From contig CAWBZI010000006.1 in assembly GCA_963793265.1 (NCBI GenBank), positions 416,001 to 480,000 of the forward strand: a stretch of DNA of 64,000 nucleotides. The letters are read 5' to 3'. Positions 1 to 10,229 of the stretch are shown one piece after another. Within the stretch, counting starts at the first letter, position 1. Every line of letters starts with the position of its first letter. Under the pieces are notes generated by a model that saw nothing but the letters and a program-made list of their open reading frames with translations, was not told where the DNA came from and did no database searches. The stretch comes from an uncultured cyanobacterium. GTDB taxonomy: Bacteria > Cyanobacteriota > Cyanobacteriia > Phormidesmidales > Phormidesmidaceae. Made by a program: the position numbers and the translations under genes.

Positions 1-741
1 CATCAGTCCAGATTCACCACGCACACTTTGGGCCAAGCCATAAAGCCCCCAGATGCCCGCTAATACAACTAAATTCCTCAGCTCCTCTGAGAGAAAATCA
101 GCTTTTCGGAGAAAGAAGGCCATCAGCGCGCCGCCAACGCCACCGATTAAAATACCAATGCTCAATCTGGCTAACAGTCCGCCCAGCACGAACGCCGGAT
201 CGGTATCGCCATTGAGAATAATATCGAGTACGACTACGGCCAAAATTGCCCCGACCGGATCGATCAAAACGCCTTCGCCCTCTAGCAGCGTAGACACCTT
301 GCGTTCTACACCGACCTGCTTGAGCAAAGGGGTGACGACAGTAGGCCCGGTGACCACAACCAGCGAGGCATACAAAAACGCAATCGACCAAGGGAACTCG
401 CCCAGCCAGTGCGCGGCAACGCCACCCCCTGCAAGCGTGATAAACGTGCCAATCGTGATCAGATTCCGAAGGCTACCGGATACTTTGCCAATTTCTTTAA
501 GCTCTAGGCTAAGTCCGCCTTCAAATAAAATTAGGGCAACGCATAGAGAGACAATCACCTCTAAGCCAACGCCTAGCTCCTGCGGAGAGAGCCAGCCTAG
601 CCCGTCTGAGCCCAGAGCGATCCCAAAAATTAGCAGCAAAATAATGCTGGGTAGTTTCAGGTAGGCCGCGACCACCTGAGCAGTAATACCTGCTAGGACG
701 GTGAGAACAATTTGCAGCGTAATCTCAAAAGGCGCTTCCAT
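1..741 (-). CDS. Cation:proton (Na+/H+) antiporter, CPA1 family; 5' part only, runs off the window
   Basis: Not in the ORF track because its stop lies outside the window. Read by hand from ATG at 741: MEAPFEITLQIVLTVLAGITAQVVAAYLKLPSIILLLIFGIALG..., hydrophobic, with ILFEGGL, TGPTVVTP and EGVLIDPVGA motifs typical of CPA1. Confidence 0.85.
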   Translation of the reverse strand, partial: MEAPFEITLQIVLTVLAGITAQVVAAYLKLPSIILLLIFGIALGSDGLGWLSPQELGVGLEVIVSLCVALILFEGGLSLELKEIGKVSGSLRNLITIGTFITLAGGGVAAHWLGEFPWSIAFLYASLVVVTGPTVVTPLLKQVGVERKVSTLLEGEGVLIDPVGAILAVVVLDIILNGDTDPAFVLGGLLARLSIGILIGGVGGALMAFFLRKADFLSEELRNLVVLAGIWGLYGLAQSVRGESGLM

Positions 742-841
742 AGGCTACGTGAGCGGCAGGTTATTCGGATCATCAAGCATAGCGCTTTGGGCGATCGCAC
801 CGTACAACAGGGTCACACAACAGCACTGTAACTAACTTCGA

Positions 842-1669
842 CTATAGCGGAACTTCTTCTACGCTATCAGCCGTAAGCTGCCTAGCCGCGCGTAGCATTT
901 GATAGGGATCGGTCGGTCGGTTATCAGATGGAATAGCGCGATCGCATCTCACGTTAAACAAACAGCGATCGCACAGCCCTTTCTCAATCGCCACTTTAGG
1001 AAAAGCCTGCTCATAGTCGGCCTGCTCACTCATTTGCGTCAGGCTATCGGTAAGCTGCTGCAAATCGCGCTGGGTTTGCTGGTGCTGTTTGGCGCTGTAG
1101 CCAAACTGGTAAAAGCTGGGATCGGTGTCAGGCGATCCCCTCACAAACCAGTACTTCATCGAAAGCTGTTCGGGCCTTAACTCTGTGGTTTCACACAGCA
1201 CATATAGGTATAAACGAGTTTGCCAATCAGCCTGCACCCGTGCCTTCGGCGGCGGACTTTGGTGCGTTTTCCAATCAAATATTTGCCCCCTGCTAGCGTC
1301 GGTCACCAGTAGATCGTAAATGACCGTCAGTAAATAGCCGTTAAACGCCAACGTACGGCGATGCTCACTCTGGCTAAAGGCCGCGTCAGTCCCATCAGTA
1401 GATGCAATAGGCAAATGCTCAAAGACTTCTGGGGCAGCGTTAGATAGCGCCGATAGGCTATCAGACATCTCAGCGTTAGCGCCCGCCATTACCTCTACCG
1501 GCAAATCCAAAGCTCGCTGCTGCATCAGCAGGTGAAACTGTGAGCCCCACTGAGTTGTCGCCTGCTGATCGTAGGTAGCAGGGCCAGAGAGCCCATCAAA
1601 AAAGACGTACCTGAACTTACGCGCGCAGGTGTCGAGCAAAGTGAGATGGCCTTGAGAAAGAGGGCGCAT
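842..1669 (-). CDS. PD-(D/E)XK nuclease family protein (RecB/Cas4-like, solo)
   Basis: YDLL...IFDWKT...Q..LY nuclease motifs; Cys pattern C(ARKF)...CDRC-x5-C suggests an Fe-S staple. Confidence 0.8.
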   Translation of the reverse strand: MRPLSQGHLTLLDTCARKFRYVFFDGLSGPATYDQQATTQWGSQFHLLMQQRALDLPVEVMAGANAEMSDSLSALSNAAPEVFEHLPIASTDGTDAAFSQSEHRRTLAFNGYLLTVIYDLLVTDASRGQIFDWKTHQSPPPKARVQADWQTRLYLYVLCETTELRPEQLSMKYWFVRGSPDTDPSFYQFGYSAKQHQQTQRDLQQLTDSLTQMSEQADYEQAFPKVAIEKGLCDRCLFNVRCDRAIPSDNRPTDPYQMLRAARQLTADSVEEVPL

Positions 1670-1688
1670 GGTGAATCTGGTGAGTGGC

Positions 1689-2303
1689 TTACTTTGTCAG
1701 CACGAAGAGGCTTCCCTGGTTGCCCCGGCCAATCCGCAGGTCTTTATCGAGGTAGGTAATTTCCAGCCAGCCCTGCTGACGATCTGAATTAATTTCAAAG
1801 TCAATGCCTTGCAAGAGGTTCATTTTCTCGGTTGTCTCTAGCTTGTCGATGTATTGGGACGGCGACTGATAGCCCAGCGCACGTTGCAAGCCGATGACAG
1901 CCCGGTTAAATTTTACGTCTACGCGGCGGCTAGATGGCGTAGTGGAATCGGGCTCAAAAGCCGGTTTAAAGCCAGCCGCTACGGAAACAATGGCCTCGCA
2001 GAAAGGCAGGCTGCTAATTTCAGCGATGTTGTAGATCAGCGACTTTTCGGGCCGAACGCATTGATAGATGTCACCTAGCTGTGCAAGCGGCACTTTATCG
2101 ATCCCCAGTAATTCTTGACTGGTGGTGTAGAGCAATCGCCAGTCGCCTGCGAGGAGTTCGGGAGCTGAAAGGGGATTTGGAGTTGGGTTGAGGTCTTCTA
2201 CGCGGGCAATGAGGCTAGCGATCGCCTGTCGGTCAGTATCACTGGCTGCAATGCCTCGGTTTTTGGATGCGATCGCCGCTCTCAAGTCAATTTTGCTCAC
2301 CAT
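1689..2303 (-). CDS. PAP/fibrillin family protein
   Basis: NPTPNP, GDWRLLYTT and WLEITYLDKDLRIGRGNQGSLFVL are fibrillin motifs. Confidence 0.9.
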   Translation of the reverse strand: MVSKIDLRAAIASKNRGIAASDTDRQAIASLIARVEDLNPTPNPLSAPELLAGDWRLLYTTSQELLGIDKVPLAQLGDIYQCVRPEKSLIYNIAEISSLPFCEAIVSVAAGFKPAFEPDSTTPSSRRVDVKFNRAVIGLQRALGYQSPSQYIDKLETTEKMNLLQGIDFEINSDRQQGWLEITYLDKDLRIGRGNQGSLFVLTK

Positions 2304-2642
2304 TTGTTCACCCTAAGGCAGAAGAAATATATTTTAGAGATTGACATCATTTACTATTCAAGGTAATTAATGCGATGGTAGTGTTAAATTACTGACTTTT
2401 GCGCTGACCTTAATTATTCGATGTCACTCAATCGTTAGAGCAAAGGTGATTAAAAAGTCTTCCTTGCTGTATATTTTCTAGCACTGCTTCTGAAGATATA
2501 CGGATAAACGTCTACAACCTATGTAGGTATTTAGATAATCCATCAGAATTAGCTCAAGAAGATGCCTTGTAGGCACCTGAAGAGCATGTGCTTTAAGTTT
2601 TGCTTCTAAGTTCTCCATTCATTCAGCGTCTATTCAGCCTAT

Positions 2643-2888
2643 ATGAGCAACATTTACAACCCCTCCGTTCGTCAGATTCCTCGGGAAAACCCGGCTGATG
2701 TGATTCCGCTTCAGCAGGACTCTTCTATCCTCAACTGGCTAGAAGGCACCGGCAGAATGATTCCTCGCGAGCCTATCGACAGCGTTGGCGATGAGCCTGA
2801 GCCCGAAGAGCTGGCTGACTTGATGGCAAACGACGATAAAGATGACGATACGGAAGATGATGAAATGTCGCTGGAAGATGACGACTAG
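2643..2888 (+). CDS. DUF3134 family protein
   Basis: NPS..PR..PA.VIP...SIL.WLE.TGR motif with acidic tail; usual position upstream of mraY in cyanobacteria. Confidence 0.75.
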   Translation: MSNIYNPSVRQIPRENPADVIPLQQDSSILNWLEGTGRMIPREPIDSVGDEPEPEELADLMANDDKDDDTEDDEMSLEDDD

Positions 2889-3469
2889 GCTAGCGGCTAA
2901 GTCATAGCAGCTAAGCCATAGCGGCAAAAGTCTGCTGAGCATTTTCCATAGCTTTCTGAAGCTTGTAGCGCTAGTTCTTTAGCGCTCACTCTCTGTAATA
3001 CCTGTTTTTGCTACCCGTCAGGTGTCAAGCTTACCGGCTAGTTCAAGGCATCTAATGTTTTACGTCGAGAGTCGAAGCGCTTGGGTTAATAAAAGTATTT
3101 GTCAGCCGCTTGCTATAGGTGCAACAGGCTGGTATTTATTAGGCGACGTTGCAATTCTCAAAAGCATTTTGGGTCATTTCCTACAAGAGAGATGGCTTTT
3201 GCTTATGAAACAGTAAGGTTTGCTTAAATGTTTCTAGGCTGTGGTGGAATATTGTTACGAAATCTGTTCAAATGAGGTAGTTAGGTATATGTACTGACTT
3301 CTTCGTTAAGGGCAAAAATCGCTTCTATTGGGGTTCCCACTTTAATAAAAGAGTCGATAAAAGCGTTGGAAACACTGGCTTCAAGCCCTATATAAAAAGA
3401 ACTTGTTCTTTTGATGTAAAGCTTCAGTGAAATATGGGAAAGGTGTGTGGTAAGTGAAGGGATAACGTT

Positions 3470-4576
3470 GTGGATGCCAGGTTTTCGTCAAAGTCAGTAG
3501 GTCTTTCAGGGGTAAAGCTTTCAGTAATATTAGCCGCTTGCTTACTAGCGTCGGCTATCGGTCTAGATGTTGCGGCTGAGCGTTCGTTTGAATGGGGTGT
3601 AGCAAACATTACGGAGCCTTTGCTGGCTGGAGCGGGGCTCTCTGCGATCGCAGGCTATATTGCACTTCCTATATTAAGGCAGCTAAAGGCCGCTCAGTTT
3701 ATTCGTGAAGATGGCCCCCGTGCTCATCTCAAAAAGGCAGGAACGCCCACTATGGGCGGTATCTTCTTTATTCCCGCTGCGCTAACAGTGGCGCTTTTTT
3801 GGACGGGCTTTTCAGTGCCAGTCATTGCCGTAAGCCTTTTGACAGCAGCCTATGCAAGCATTGGCTGGCTTGATGACTGGCAGGTCATGCGCCGTCGGTC
3901 TAATAAAGGTATTTCTCCTAAGCTAAAGCTGATTTTGCAGATTGGATTTGCGTTTGCTTTTTGCCTGTGGGCTACCACATCAGCGACAGGCCAAGCCGCA
4001 GACATCACTTCAGTTGCACTGCCTTTAGGGCTAACGCTTCCACTAGGAATGCTGTTTTGGCCTTTGGCGGGGTTTGTACTGGTCGCTGAAAGCAACGCAA
4101 CGAACTTGACGGATGGTGTTGACGGACTCATGGGCGGCGCTGGTGCGATCGCCCTCTTCGGTCTAGGCGTTCTCATTGCGCCTAACCACCCCGACCTGAT
4201 GGTTTTTTGCGCGGCACTCAGCGGTAGCTGCCTTGGCTTTTTGGTTCACAACCGCAATCCTGCAAAAATATTCATGGGCGACACTGGCTCTCTTGCCTTA
4301 GGCGGAGCGCTCGCAGCCGTTGGGATCCTTAGCGGCAACCTGTTTGGCCTGCTCATTGTCACCCTGCTTTTCTTTGCCGAAACCCTATCAGTCATCCTTC
4401 AGGTGGGCTACTACAAAGCCACCAAAGGCCCCGATGGCAAAGGCAAGCGCCTCTTCAAAATGGCCCCTTTGCACCACCACTTTGAGCTGTCTGGCTGGTC
4501 GGAGCTACAGGTCGTGAGCGTGTTTTACATCATCAGCGCTCTGCTGATAACAACCGCTATTAGCACCCTGAGCTAG
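3470..4576 (+). CDS. mraY: Phospho-N-acetylmuramoyl-pentapeptide transferase
   Basis: KAGTPTMGG, GWLDD, NATNLTDGVDGL, FMGDTGSLALG, MAPLHHHFEL. Confidence 0.97.
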   Translation: MDARFSSKSVGLSGVKLSVILAACLLASAIGLDVAAERSFEWGVANITEPLLAGAGLSAIAGYIALPILRQLKAAQFIREDGPRAHLKKAGTPTMGGIFFIPAALTVALFWTGFSVPVIAVSLLTAAYASIGWLDDWQVMRRRSNKGISPKLKLILQIGFAFAFCLWATTSATGQAADITSVALPLGLTLPLGMLFWPLAGFVLVAESNATNLTDGVDGLMGGAGAIALFGLGVLIAPNHPDLMVFCAALSGSCLGFLVHNRNPAKIFMGDTGSLALGGALAAVGILSGNLFGLLIVTLLFFAETLSVILQVGYYKATKGPDGKGKRLFKMAPLHHHFELSGWSELQVVSVFYIISALLITTAISTLS

Positions 4577-4620
4577 AGCCTTCGGCCTACGAGATGCAGC
4601 CTAAAACCTAATTTCCACTT

Positions 4621-4652
4621 AAAAAGGAAGGCACTAATGCCTTCCTTTTTTT
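4621..4652. terminator. Bidirectional intrinsic terminator between mraY and tmRNA
   Basis: AAAAAGGAAGGCA-CTAA-TGCCTTCCTTTTTTT hairpin with A and T tails. Confidence 0.75.
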
Positions 4653-4714
4653 GATCAAAGCCCTGCAAATAAAAAGGCCCGGCGAGTAGCCGAGCCTAGA
4701 GGTTGAGTTTCGTA

Positions 4715-5107
4715 TGGAGCTGACGGGAGTCGAACCCGTGTCCGCTTCAAGTAATCACGTATCGCTCATTCACAGGTATAGCCTTTCTAACCCTCAAGGC
4801 GGGAGTTTTCCATTATCCCGGAAACAGGATGCTTCGATGAAAGTCTTAGCTGACACGCCCATCGAAGGAAGTTTGCCAGCGCATCCGTTGGGGGTTTAGT
4901 CCGAGCTGATTAACGGAGTCACAGCTACAGACGCTCGAACCTATAAGAGGTTTTTAGGCGGCAGCTACAAGAGCGCGCTTACGAGCAAAAGGTACGATGT
5001 CGTTTGCATGTATCTTTAAGTTTGAGCCTTTATTTACAAGAGTGGGCTCACTCTTGACCTGAATCACAATACGACTTTCGTTAAAACGTCGAAACCGTTT
5101 CAGCCCC
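4715..5107 (-). ncRNA. ssrA: tmRNA (transfer-messenger RNA)
   Basis: Minus strand begins GGGGCTGAAACGGTTTCGAC and ends GGACACGGGTTCGACTCCCGTCAGCTCCA; internal tag frame reads ANDIVPFARKRALVAAA-stop. Confidence 0.97.
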
Positions 5108-5448
5108 GAGAGTTAATCAAAAAGTAGACGCATTAGTCTGCGCTTTCGATACATTAATTATAGCGTCTGCATTGTGTGCTTGCACACATCAGCAGCTTTT
5201 TTTATTAGCTTTATTAGCTTTCGTAAACTGAATCAGACAGGTTTTCACCTATAATATTTTCTTAAGCTTAGCGAATTTCGATTGAACTTTTAGCAAATTA
5301 GCCTGTGCTATTGAGCTAATAGTAGTAAGTCGAGGTTTTGCTGTGCAGCCATATATACGCCAGTTAATAGTCCGCCCGCAAATAGACGTTCTGCCATTTG
5401 AGACGTTGTGTGAGGCCGGGTTCCGCCAATAGAAAAAAGGTCAACGCC

Positions 5449-5895
5449 ATGAGCACCAGCAACGACAACGGTAACGACAAAAGCACGCCTAGCTCTCGCA
5501 ATCGGAAGAAAGCGACCAGTGCTGTGACTACCACTGAGAAGAAGGCAGAGTCTGATAGCGCTTCTGAAAATAAGGGTGGCTTAGTCAAAGCGCCCCAGCA
5601 CGACATTATCGAGCTGCCTGACCACACCCGTGCGTATGAGTCAGATTCACTGCCCAACCATCGCCCGATCTCGCTCAGTGAAGTAGATGTAGTCGATTCG
5701 CTTTCTTCTGCGGGTGTGCGTCCAGTGATGTCTAACTCATTTGAGATTGCGACGACTGACTCACTGCCTGGCCACCGTCCGGTGGCTGTAAGCACGCTCG
5801 TAGTTTCTGACCTAGACGTTTTGCCTGGTCATCGCCCCATTGCGAGCAACGAGATTGACGAGAGCCCGGCTATTTTGATGGGCTACTTAGACTAA
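5449..5895 (+). CDS. Cyanobacterial hypothetical protein with repeated D-x-LP-x-HRP(I/V) motif
   Basis: ATG at 5449 preferred over the ORF-track start at 5398; four ~19-aa repeats; ends LMGYLD; followed by a terminator. Confidence 0.7.
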   Translation: MSTSNDNGNDKSTPSSRNRKKATSAVTTTEKKAESDSASENKGGLVKAPQHDIIELPDHTRAYESDSLPNHRPISLSEVDVVDSLSSAGVRPVMSNSFEIATTDSLPGHRPVAVSTLVVSDLDVLPGHRPIASNEIDESPAILMGYLD

Positions 5896-5973
5896 GCTTT
5901 TAGGCTCAGCGCGGGAATAGCTTTTGAAGTAGCTCGTACACGCTGAGTTTGTACGGTTTGAATATGCATTTTG

Positions 5974-6002
5974 AAAAGGGAGGCGATCGCCTCCCTTTTT
6001 TT
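5974..6002 (+). terminator. Intrinsic terminator centred on a HIP1 palindrome
   Basis: AAAAGGGAG-GCGATCGC-CTCCCTTTTTTT. Confidence 0.75.
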
Positions 6003-6131
6003 GTTTTAGGCTGAAAGTGGGTGCTATACATCAACACTAGGCAGCATCGCAGAGGGTGATTATATAAGCCGCGATAGCGTTTTGGGCAAGTTTAAGGAGA
6101 CTTACTTCAGCCGGTAGGCGTCTTTATTTTC

Positions 6132-6335
6132 ATGAATACAGCTCATAGTACGGACGACGACCGGCTGCTGCTCAGCGAAATATTTGTCTCTGTCGGCATC
6201 ACGTCTACACTCACTAAAGTGCAGCGTGAAGGTCTTAAGCAGCTATTGCTCGAAAACTGCCTGAGCGCAGAGGAATCTGCTTCTGTTGACCGTATTTTGC
6301 GCGCAATTCAGCGCGGCAAGATCAAAGTCGTTTAG
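6132..6335 (+). CDS. Small conserved cyanobacterial hypothetical protein
   Basis: L.EIF..V..T..LT...R.GL...LL...LS.EE...VDRILRA..RGKIKVV pattern; ATG start. Confidence 0.65.
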   Translation: MNTAHSTDDDRLLLSEIFVSVGITSTLTKVQREGLKQLLLENCLSAEESASVDRILRAIQRGKIKVV

Positions 6336-6358
6336 TTCACTCATCTTCCAAACCAGCC

Positions 6359-7129
6359 ATGTATTCTATGTTTTTTAGCTCCTTTGGCTTCTTCGGATTG
6401 CTGGGTGGCGCGTTTTGGCTGTGGATGCTTTACGAGTGCCTGAAGGCCGGGCAGAGCAGTCGGCAGTGGATATGGCTGCTGATTTTTTTGAACGTGGTTG
6501 GGGCGCTGATGTATTTTGCGATTGAGTGGCTGCCAAAGCATCCTAATTTTTTAGGGCAGATTGGCGGATTAAATAGCCGGAAGATGCGCGATCGCCTCTG
6601 GCAGGCCGAAGCTGACGCTAGAAACATTGGTAAAGCCGATCAGTACACCACGCTAGGTAATCTGCTTTTTGATATAAATCAACCTGCAAAAGCGGCTGGG
6701 GCTTATCAGCAGGCGCTTGAGCAGGAGCCTGAGAACGCGAAAGCGCTATGGGGCGCAGCGCAGGTGGCGAGCAATCAAAGAGACTACATAGCGGCTAAAG
6801 ACTACTTGGCCCGGCTACTAGAGGTAAAGCCCGATTTTTCTTACGGTGCGGCCTCGCTGGCTTACGGTGAAATGCTCTATCGAGTCGAAGAGAAGGACGC
6901 GGCGGCTCAGCATTTACAGCAGCACTTGAAAGAATGGAGTAATCCAGAAGGCTACTTGATTTTGGCAAGTATCTACTCAGAACAGCAGGACTATGCGTCA
7001 GCTCGCGAAACGCTTGAGACGCTGGTGATTAAAGTGAAGGGATACGTGCCTTTTCAGTATCGCAAAAACGAGCATTTTGTGCGTCAGGCTGAACGCAAGC
7101 TTAGAGCCCTGCCGAAGCCGAAACCATAG
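6359..7129 (+). CDS. Membrane-anchored tetratricopeptide repeat protein
   Basis: Two N-terminal TM helices followed by several TPR-like helical repeats. Confidence 0.8.
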   Translation: MYSMFFSSFGFFGLLGGAFWLWMLYECLKAGQSSRQWIWLLIFLNVVGALMYFAIEWLPKHPNFLGQIGGLNSRKMRDRLWQAEADARNIGKADQYTTLGNLLFDINQPAKAAGAYQQALEQEPENAKALWGAAQVASNQRDYIAAKDYLARLLEVKPDFSYGAASLAYGEMLYRVEEKDAAAQHLQQHLKEWSNPEGYLILASIYSEQQDYASARETLETLVIKVKGYVPFQYRKNEHFVRQAERKLRALPKPKP

Positions 7130-8762
7130 GCTTTGGTTCTAGGGCCGACTCAGCCGCTACGCGAGAAAGGCCATATTCTATACCTGCGGCGACCGCCTGG
7201 TAAGAAGCTTCTAAGATATTGACCGATACGCCAATGGTTGACCATCGGCTGTCGCCATTCCCCGACTCGACCAGTACTCGAATATTAGCCGCCGTCCCAG
7301 CTTCACTATTGAGTATCCGCACCTTGTAGTCGGTCAGATAAAAGCTTTCAATCACCGGATAAAACTGCACCAGCGCCTTTCTTAACGCCTTATCGAGCGC
7401 TGAAACAGGCCCCATACACTCAGCAACTTCTAAAACGTCCTGCCCTTTCACCGCAACCTTCACTGTTGCCCTCGCGCCAATATTGCACTGCACGTCTGAC
7501 TGCAAAACGTCGTAGCTCACCTCAAATCCTCGGAGCTGAAAAGCGGGGTTGTGCTTTCCTAACGCCTTTAGCATCAGCAGCTCAAAGCTAGCCTCAGCCG
7601 CTTCAAACTGATAGCCTTTGCTCTCAAGCGCTTTTACCTCGTTGATAATTTGGCGCATGACCGGATCGTCTTTTTTCAGATCGAGGCCATAGCGTTTTGC
7701 TTTAGAAAGTACGGTACTCGCGCCTGAAGAACTTGAGACAATGATATGGCGGCTATTGCCGATAGCATCGGGCGGTACGTGCTCGTAGGTTTTGGGGTTG
7801 CGTTCTACGGCGCTGATGTGGATGCCGCCTTTGTGAGCAAAAGCTGATCGGCCTACGTAAGGGGCGTGGTCGTCAGGGGCGAGGTTGACGATTTCGCTGA
7901 TGAATCGGCTGGTTTGGGTGAGCGATCGCAACCCATCCGAGCCCAAGCACTCATAGCCCATCTTGAGCTGTAGATCAGGAATAACCGAGCACAAGTCGGC
8001 ATTGCCACAGCGTTCACCATAGCCGTTAATAGTGCCGTGTACCATAGCCGCTCCGGCATCTACGGCGGCAAGTGAGCTGGCAACGGCTGTGCCACTGTCG
8101 TTGTGGGTGTGGATGCCGATCTGAGGAGTTGGGGTTTGGAGGGTTTGGAGATGGGTGCGGACTTTTTGTGCGATCACTTCAACTTCCTTCGGCAGCGTCC
8201 CACCATTCGTATCACACAGTACCAGCCACTCGGCCCCGCCTTTCACGGCTGCATTCAGTGTCTCTAGTGCATAGTCAGGATTAGCCTTGTAGCCGTCAAA
8301 CCAGTGCTCTGCATCGTAAATAATCCGGCGGTCGTGCGACTTTAAGAACGCGACAGACTCCTGAATCATCGCCAAATTTTCATCCAAGCTCACCTTCAGT
8401 GCATCCGTCACGTGCAAGTCCCACGACTTTCCAAAAATCGTCAGCCATAGCGTATTCGCCGCTAGCAGCGCCGCCAGCATCTTATTCTCCGAAGCCTGCT
8501 GATGAGGTCTTCGAGTAGAGCCAAACGCCACTAGCTGCGAGTTGATTAACGGCTCCTTTTGAAAATACTCAAACAGTAGAGTATCAACCGTATTCGCCCC
8601 CGGCCATCCACCTTCAATAAACGGCATTCCAATTTGATCTAGCCTCTGCGCAATCTTGATTTTGTCCTCAAGCGTGCAGGCAATGCCGTGGCGTTGAATA
8701 CCATCTCTGAGCGTAGTGTCATAAATCAGAACGCTGCCCAGGACTCTATTAGGAGGTGTCAT
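7101..8762 (-). CDS. cimA: Citramalate synthase
   Basis: YDTTLRDG, IEGGWPGAN, DAEHWFDG, HTHND, GERCGNADL, AHKGGIH, GYQFEAAEASFEL. Confidence 0.92.
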   Translation of the reverse strand: MTPPNRVLGSVLIYDTTLRDGIQRHGIACTLEDKIKIAQRLDQIGMPFIEGGWPGANTVDTLLFEYFQKEPLINSQLVAFGSTRRPHQQASENKMLAALLAANTLWLTIFGKSWDLHVTDALKVSLDENLAMIQESVAFLKSHDRRIIYDAEHWFDGYKANPDYALETLNAAVKGGAEWLVLCDTNGGTLPKEVEVIAQKVRTHLQTLQTPTPQIGIHTHNDSGTAVASSLAAVDAGAAMVHGTINGYGERCGNADLCSVIPDLQLKMGYECLGSDGLRSLTQTSRFISEIVNLAPDDHAPYVGRSAFAHKGGIHISAVERNPKTYEHVPPDAIGNSRHIIVSSSSGASTVLSKAKRYGLDLKKDDPVMRQIINEVKALESKGYQFEAAEASFELLMLKALGKHNPAFQLRGFEVSYDVLQSDVQCNIGARATVKVAVKGQDVLEVAECMGPVSALDKALRKALVQFYPVIESFYLTDYKVRILNSEAGTAANIRVLVESGNGDSRWSTIGVSVNILEASYQAVAAGIEYGLSRVAAESALEPKPMVSASAGL

Positions 8763-8879
8763 CTAAAACGTCTGTCGCACTAGAGGATTTTTGGCCAAGA
8801 GCTGTAGGATAAGGGCTGATGTGGCAAATTGTGTAGAGTTTTCACAAGAGTTAAAAGCGGCGCTGATTGATTTCAAGCA

Positions 8880-10202
8880 CTATGCTTCTGTCGCTAGCCT
8901 TTGGTAGGCGATCGCTAAAGCATCAGCGCCGCCCACATTCCCCGGAAACAGCACAACCGGCAAATCAGCAAACTGTGGATGGTCTGAAGCCGTTGTCACA
9001 ACCGAAACGCCAGCAATCACCTGACCCAAAAGCCTCGCTGAAGTCAGTGAAAGGCCCTTGCTCAGCGTGTCGTTAGAAGTAATGCCGCCTTTGCTAATCA
9101 GAAAACCGATATCGTCAGGAAGCCCTTTCACAATATCCATCAGCAGTGTAGAAACGGCTTCTCCAAAGGCCAGCCGAGTTTGTTTATCAGAGAACGTCAG
9201 CTCTTCGCGACTGGTATAGATAGCGGGCGTCTGGCCGTTTGCATGAATCTGTTGCAGTTGCGCTAAAGCTTCTTTAAGCAGTTCATCGTGGCTAGTGTCA
9301 GGATTGTTCTTTATTCGAGCAACGTCTATTTCTATGCCAACAATGCCAGGCGTTTTTAACAACTGTTCTAGCTGCTGAGTTGTTTTTTTGACGTGAGAGC
9401 CTACCACAATCGCGCCCGAAGAAGATCGGGTAGTGCGGTTCATCTCTGTAGGCGGCGTTGGCTGTGGCGGAAGCTTGGCAAGGGCTGTCAGCAGGCTAGC
9501 GGCACTGCGGAATAGGAACTTTTTGCCTTGGGCAGCAGCAGCTAGAAGATCGCCAGCGAACTGATCGAGATCGCTTTGTTGTTCGCCATCAACAGCAACA
9601 CAAACATTGTTTTTCAGCGACATCAGGCGATCAAAACAGCCCTTACGAACATCAGCAAGCAAAAAGCGCTCTACCTGATCAGCAGAAATTTTACCTTTTG
9701 TTTTTTCTTCTACGTACTCAGGCAAATAGCTGGTGCTGTAGCCAAAGACGGAATCTTTCGCGAATTCGGTGTCATGGGTGGGTGTGCGTGTGCCGTCAGA
9801 TTCGATGTAGTGGGTGCTCTCTACAGTGACGCGACCGGCTTCAAAAAATTGGGGGGTGAGGAAGTGAGCGTCGAAGGGGCCGAGGTGTTGTGCGATCGCA
9901 TCCGTCTCTACCGGGTAATGCCCCCGCAGCGTAGAATCCGATCGGCTCACGAGCAAGAAGTTCTGCGTATTCGTGTTCTCTAGCGCAATCTTTAGATTTT
10001 CACAGGCTTCAGTGGTGACAGCAGCGGCAGCTTCAGGGATAAGCGATCGCGTATTGGTCAGCACAAAGAAGATGGGCGAGTCGTCTAGCAATCCCAACGT
10101 CAGCGTCTCCACATCCCACTTCAGCAGTAGCAGGCAGCTATGCACCGTTTGCGAACCCGTTGGATCGTCATCTAGCACAATAATTTTGGGCGCGGTGGTC
10201 AT
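8880..10202 (-). CDS. Four-carbon acid sugar kinase family protein (DUF1537)
   Basis: DDDPTGSQTVH, SRSDSTLRGH, SKGGITS, FPGNVG. Confidence 0.9.
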   Translation of the reverse strand: MTTAPKIIVLDDDPTGSQTVHSCLLLLKWDVETLTLGLLDDSPIFFVLTNTRSLIPEAAAAVTTEACENLKIALENTNTQNFLLVSRSDSTLRGHYPVETDAIAQHLGPFDAHFLTPQFFEAGRVTVESTHYIESDGTRTPTHDTEFAKDSVFGYSTSYLPEYVEEKTKGKISADQVERFLLADVRKGCFDRLMSLKNNVCVAVDGEQQSDLDQFAGDLLAAAAQGKKFLFRSAASLLTALAKLPPQPTPPTEMNRTTRSSSGAIVVGSHVKKTTQQLEQLLKTPGIVGIEIDVARIKNNPDTSHDELLKEALAQLQQIHANGQTPAIYTSREELTFSDKQTRLAFGEAVSTLLMDIVKGLPDDIGFLISKGGITSNDTLSKGLSLTSARLLGQVIAGVSVVTTASDHPQFADLPVVLFPGNVGGADALAIAYQRLATEA

Positions 10203-10229
10203 GGCGATATGCCTGAATGAAGGGAATGC

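Noticed and set aside
53..664. 203-aa plus-strand ORF
   Set aside because: Antisense shadow of the minus-strand antiporter.
842..1669. Cas4-like nuclease as a cas gene for the array
   Set aside because: It is 39 kb away in a housekeeping context with no cas1/cas2.
2889..3469. ORFs 3022..3216 and 3424..3609, or an sRNA upstream of mraY
   Set aside because: Short, AT-rich, with no recognisable motifs or structure; treated as promoter/UTR.
4577..5107. Genomic island integrated at tmRNA; ORF 4714..4899
   Set aside because: The tmRNA 3' end is followed by terminators and mraY with no integrase or duplicated 3' end seen; the ORF is antisense to the tmRNA.
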